Position numbers and translations under genes: made by a program. DNA of 63,371 bases, filler included, from a bacterium UBP13_UBA5359 (lineage in GTDB: Bacteria > UBP13 > UBA5359): NCBI GenBank assembly GCA_002410925.1. It is 3 parts of 3 records of this genome, joined end to end, with 100 filler letters (N's around TTAATTAATTAA, not from the genome) between each part and the next. Parts side by side here need not be neighbours in the genome. Positions count along the whole stretch, not along the records: positions 32,952 to 63,371 come from DHPR01000026.1; 2 more parts are not named here. One strand, written 5' to 3'. Positions 60,923-63,371 of the stretch are shown here, in pieces. Position 1 is the first letter of the stretch. Each line of letters begins with the position of its first letter. The notes below the pieces were generated by a model. That model saw nothing but the letters and a program-made list of their open reading frames with translations, did not search any database and was not told the DNA's origin.

Positions 60923-62325
60923 GTGTCTTCGCTGGTCACGCTCTGGATGCCACGGCCAAGGGGTTGGACAAGGATCTGCTCTCCGCGCTGCGGCAGGGCA
61001 TCAAGATCAGCTCTGAGGCGGCAGTGGACGGGGCTATGCAGTCTACTATCAGCCTGACAGCTGGTGTATGGGGCAGGGCAGAGGTATCGGCGCTCTTTGC
61101 CGATGTCAACGATCGGGCGGTGTTAAGCCTACTGTCTCGGAGCCGCTATGGTGGCGGTTTGAAGCTGTCAGATAGGGTATGGAAGACCAGCCGACACGCC
61201 AGGGTTTCAATCCAGCGGATCATCGAGGACGGCGTAGCCCGAGGCAGGAGTGCCAGGGATACGGCCAAGTTGCTGGAGAAATACCTGCAGCCGAATGTCT
61301 GGACGGCGCTCAAGGCTGAGACACGGCGTAATTTGGGCACGCCCAGGGATGTGAGCATGGAGGCCATGCGTCTGGCGGTGACGGAGACGAACAACGCTTT
61401 TCACGAGGGGGCTATTGCCGGCTATCATATGATGCCGGGATATACGGGCAGTTACTGGAGGTTGTCAGGCAATCATCCACTGCATGACATCTGCGATGAC
61501 TACGCGGCGCACAACGGCAACGGGTTCTGGCCCAAGGGTGGGGAACCGCCTAAACCTCACCCGAATTGTCGCTGCCATCTGGAGCCGGCCACAGAGCCGC
61601 GGGAGGCCTTTACGGCACGCCTTAATAACTGGGCGGCTGATCCTGCTTCTGAGCCTGATATCGAGGAGTGGTATAACGACGGGCCGCGTGAGGTCTTGAA
61701 GCGTCCCGGTGGGCTGGGTGTCCTGGTGACGCCGGGCATCGATCTGGCAAAGCAGAGTATCGTCAGTAGCATCTACGAGGAGCACGGGTGGACTCCGGCG
61801 GCGAACAGGGCCGTGAGAGAGGTGTCGGATGATATCCGACAGCGCACAGTGGATGCCGGTGTGGAGTTTGTCGGCATGGTGGATGCGGAGACCGGGGACA
61901 AGATTGGCGGCGTTGTGCGCGGATTAAAAGACAGGGCTGATGTTGCTGGGCACATCTCACTAATGAGAGATGGCCGAAAGCATATCCTGCTACATACGCA
62001 CCCGAGCAGCACATCGTTTTCGCACGTGGACGTCGGGCTTTTGGCCCGCGACGATCTTGCAAAAAAGCTGCAAACGATGTATGTTGTAGGGAGAGATGGG
62101 ACCAGGTATCTGATATCTCCGAAGCCAGGGAGCAAGGTGGCTTCCAGGGAGGCCGTAAAACGGGCGTTCGGTGCAGAAGAGGGTATTCGGTGGCCTGCGT
62201 GGCATGCAAAGGTTCGGGCCGGTAAGATATCCAAAGAGCTGGCTGAAAAGGAATGCACGCATGAGGTATGGACGAATATTGCTGATGACCTGGGCCTGAT
62301 CTATCATCGCATAGAGGGTGAGTGA
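60920..62325 (+). CDS. 5'-truncated phage head morphogenesis (MuF / SPP1 gp7-like) protein with C-terminal JAB/JAMM-like domain
   Basis: LKLSDRVW, AMRLAVTETN, H...DICDDYA...HPNCRC MuF motifs; C-terminal E...LLHTHPSSTSFSHVD; possible restart at ATG 61036. Confidence 0.8.
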
Positions 62326-62604
62326 ATGCCTGACAAGGAGAGCAACATTTTATACGACTGGTCCGCTAGCCATGGCTATCTGATCGTGCACTCTGACTAT
62401 GATGATGACATGGACGAGAGGGCACAGGCGGCGCTTGAGGCTGCTGATGCTGCTGGTCTGTCCGATGATGAAATAGATCGTCAGATACTGCTAGCAATCA
62501 CCATGGGCGAGAAGCACAAGATTGTAGAGGAGTTTGCAGCCGGCACGGACATAATGGAGATTATGAGCCGTCTGGATCAGGTGTCGCTGAAGAAAGCCGG
62601 GTAG
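62326..62604 (+). CDS. Small acidic protein, putative immunity protein of the MuF toxin
   Basis: 92 aa, ATG immediately after MuF stop (TGA ATG), GAGGGTG RBS, D/E rich. Confidence 0.6.
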   Translation: MPDKESNILYDWSASHGYLIVHSDYDDDMDERAQAALEAADAAGLSDDEIDRQILLAITMGEKHKIVEEFAAGTDIMEIMSRLDQVSLKKAG

Positions 62605-62628
62605 GTTAAGGCTTTCAAGAATAGCTTT

Positions 62629-62656
62629 AGAGGGCGTCGGAAACGGCGCCTTTTCT
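62629..62656 (+). terminator. Intrinsic terminator closing the MuF-immunity pair
   Basis: AGGGCGTCG-GAAA-CGGCGCCTTTT. Confidence 0.75.
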
Positions 62657-62820
62657 GTTGGGTGAAGGGTGGTGAGGATATGAGTTGTGTAGTGCAACGG
62701 CCTGCAGCGCGGGATGGCGGCGGCAGGTTTGCCGGACAGGTGGTCCGGAACTCCGGGTCATGTGTGGTGTCCAACACGCCGAAGGCGCCGCCCGGGCCGA
62801 CGGTAATAAGTCAGATCGTT

Positions 62821-63371
62821 GTTTCAATCCACGCCCCCGCAAGGGGGGCGACGTGAAGAGCTTAAGCAGAAAGTCTCTTCGCTTGATGTTTCAATCCACG
62901 CCCCCGCAAGGGGGGCGACTGCCAAGGCAAAGAAAAACCCTCCGGCTGTCACCGTTTCAATCCACGCCCCCGCAAGGGGGGCGACGAGATTATCAGGGGG
63001 AAGCTATGCAGTCAAAAATGTTTCAATCCACGCCCCCGCAAGGGGGGCGACGTTGCGTATTTGGGCGGTCGGCTGATGTATTTGTGTTTCAATCCACGCC
63101 CCCGCAAGGGGGGCGACAATGGTGATAATGCAGGTGTTTTCTATCTTAATGTGTTTCAATCCACGCCCCCGCAAGGGGGGCGACATAATCATGTTGGCAG
63201 GAACAACCCTATTCAGAAGTTTCAATCCACGCCCCCGCAAGGGGGGCGACTTCCACGCTGTACCCATCTTCACCGCACAAGCTTTGTTTCAATCCACGCC
63301 CCCGCAAGGGGGGCGACTTGCCTCCCGGGTTATGGCAAATCCGCCCGAACAGTTTCAATCCACGCCCCCGC
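62821..63371 (-). CRISPR. CRISPR array with type I-C-like 32-bp repeat; 8 full repeats, 1 partial repeat and 8 spacers of 34-35 bp; continues past the window end
   Basis: Identical repeats GTTTCAATCCACGCCCCCGCAAGGGGGGCGAC at 62821, 62888, 62954, 63020, 63086, 63153, 63219, 63286, 63352; reverse complement GTCGCCCCCCTTGCGGGGGCGTGGATTGAAAC has the I-C hairpin and ATTGAAAC end, so this is the inferred trailer end. Confidence 0.98.

Noticed and set aside
59737-62325. 862-aa ORF in the track
   Set aside because: Chimeric: it runs antisense to porin paralog 2, through an N gap and antisense to the IS110 remnant; only ~60920 onward looks like real protein
62685-63273. Repetitive ORFs (MFQSTPPQGGR, VSIHAPARGAT, PPLRGRGLK)
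   Set aside because: Translations of CRISPR repeats
62853-63351. Self-targeting spacers against this window (e.g. the MuF region)
   Set aside because: No match noticed by eye; a proper alignment was not possible, so no claim is made

Overview
Draft (MAG-like) bacterial sequence. It consists of three contigs joined artificially by 100-nt N spacers carrying a TTAATTAATTAA six-frame-stop linker (10136-10235, 32852-32951), plus one scaffold gap (60200-60287), so adjacency across the first two joins is not biological. Segment 1 (1-10135) is a catabolic-type island: two beta-propeller proteins, a GntR/LacI regulator, a UroD-family protein, an esterase and an FAD oxidoreductase. It is interrupted by an intact IS3 element and a patch of mobile-element debris (IstB, tyrosine integrase, AbiEi). 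Segment 2 (10236-32851) opens with transposase remnants, then an MBL hydrolase, a second GntR/LacI regulator, nrdR-nrdD-nrdG-radical SAM with tandem NrdR boxes, and a tandem glycine riboswitch ahead of gcvH-gcvPA-gcvPB. It continues with an MFS transporter, ROK-nagA, tRNA-Arg(TCG), three accessory genes, tRNA-Lys(CTT), an Abi remnant and typA. Segment 3 (32952-63371) starts with a cut-off first repeat and leader of a type I-B CRISPR array and a full I-B operon (cas6-cas8b[internal cas11]-cas7-cas5-cas3-cas4-cas1-cas2). It continues with a lipoate ligase, gcvT, recD2, the ftsEX-EnvC-like-CtpA-YibQ-like cluster, a subtilase, csaB/DUF5693 and two tandem porin-like paralogs with duplicated leaders. 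It ends with an IS110 remnant, a phage-derived MuF-JAB toxin/immunity module and a type I-C-like CRISPR array. Class III RNR, csaB and beta-barrel proteins suggest an anaerobic diderm Terrabacteria-type host (inference only). The most notable signals are (i) the ~1.9 kb phage head fragment encoding a MuF protein with a JAB/JAMM-like C-terminal domain plus a putative immunity gene, which abuts the undegenerate terminal repeat of the I-C-like array, and (ii) an unassigned, highly structured, possibly pseudoknotted ~190-nt element upstream of cas6. All calls are from visual reading; no database searches were run.
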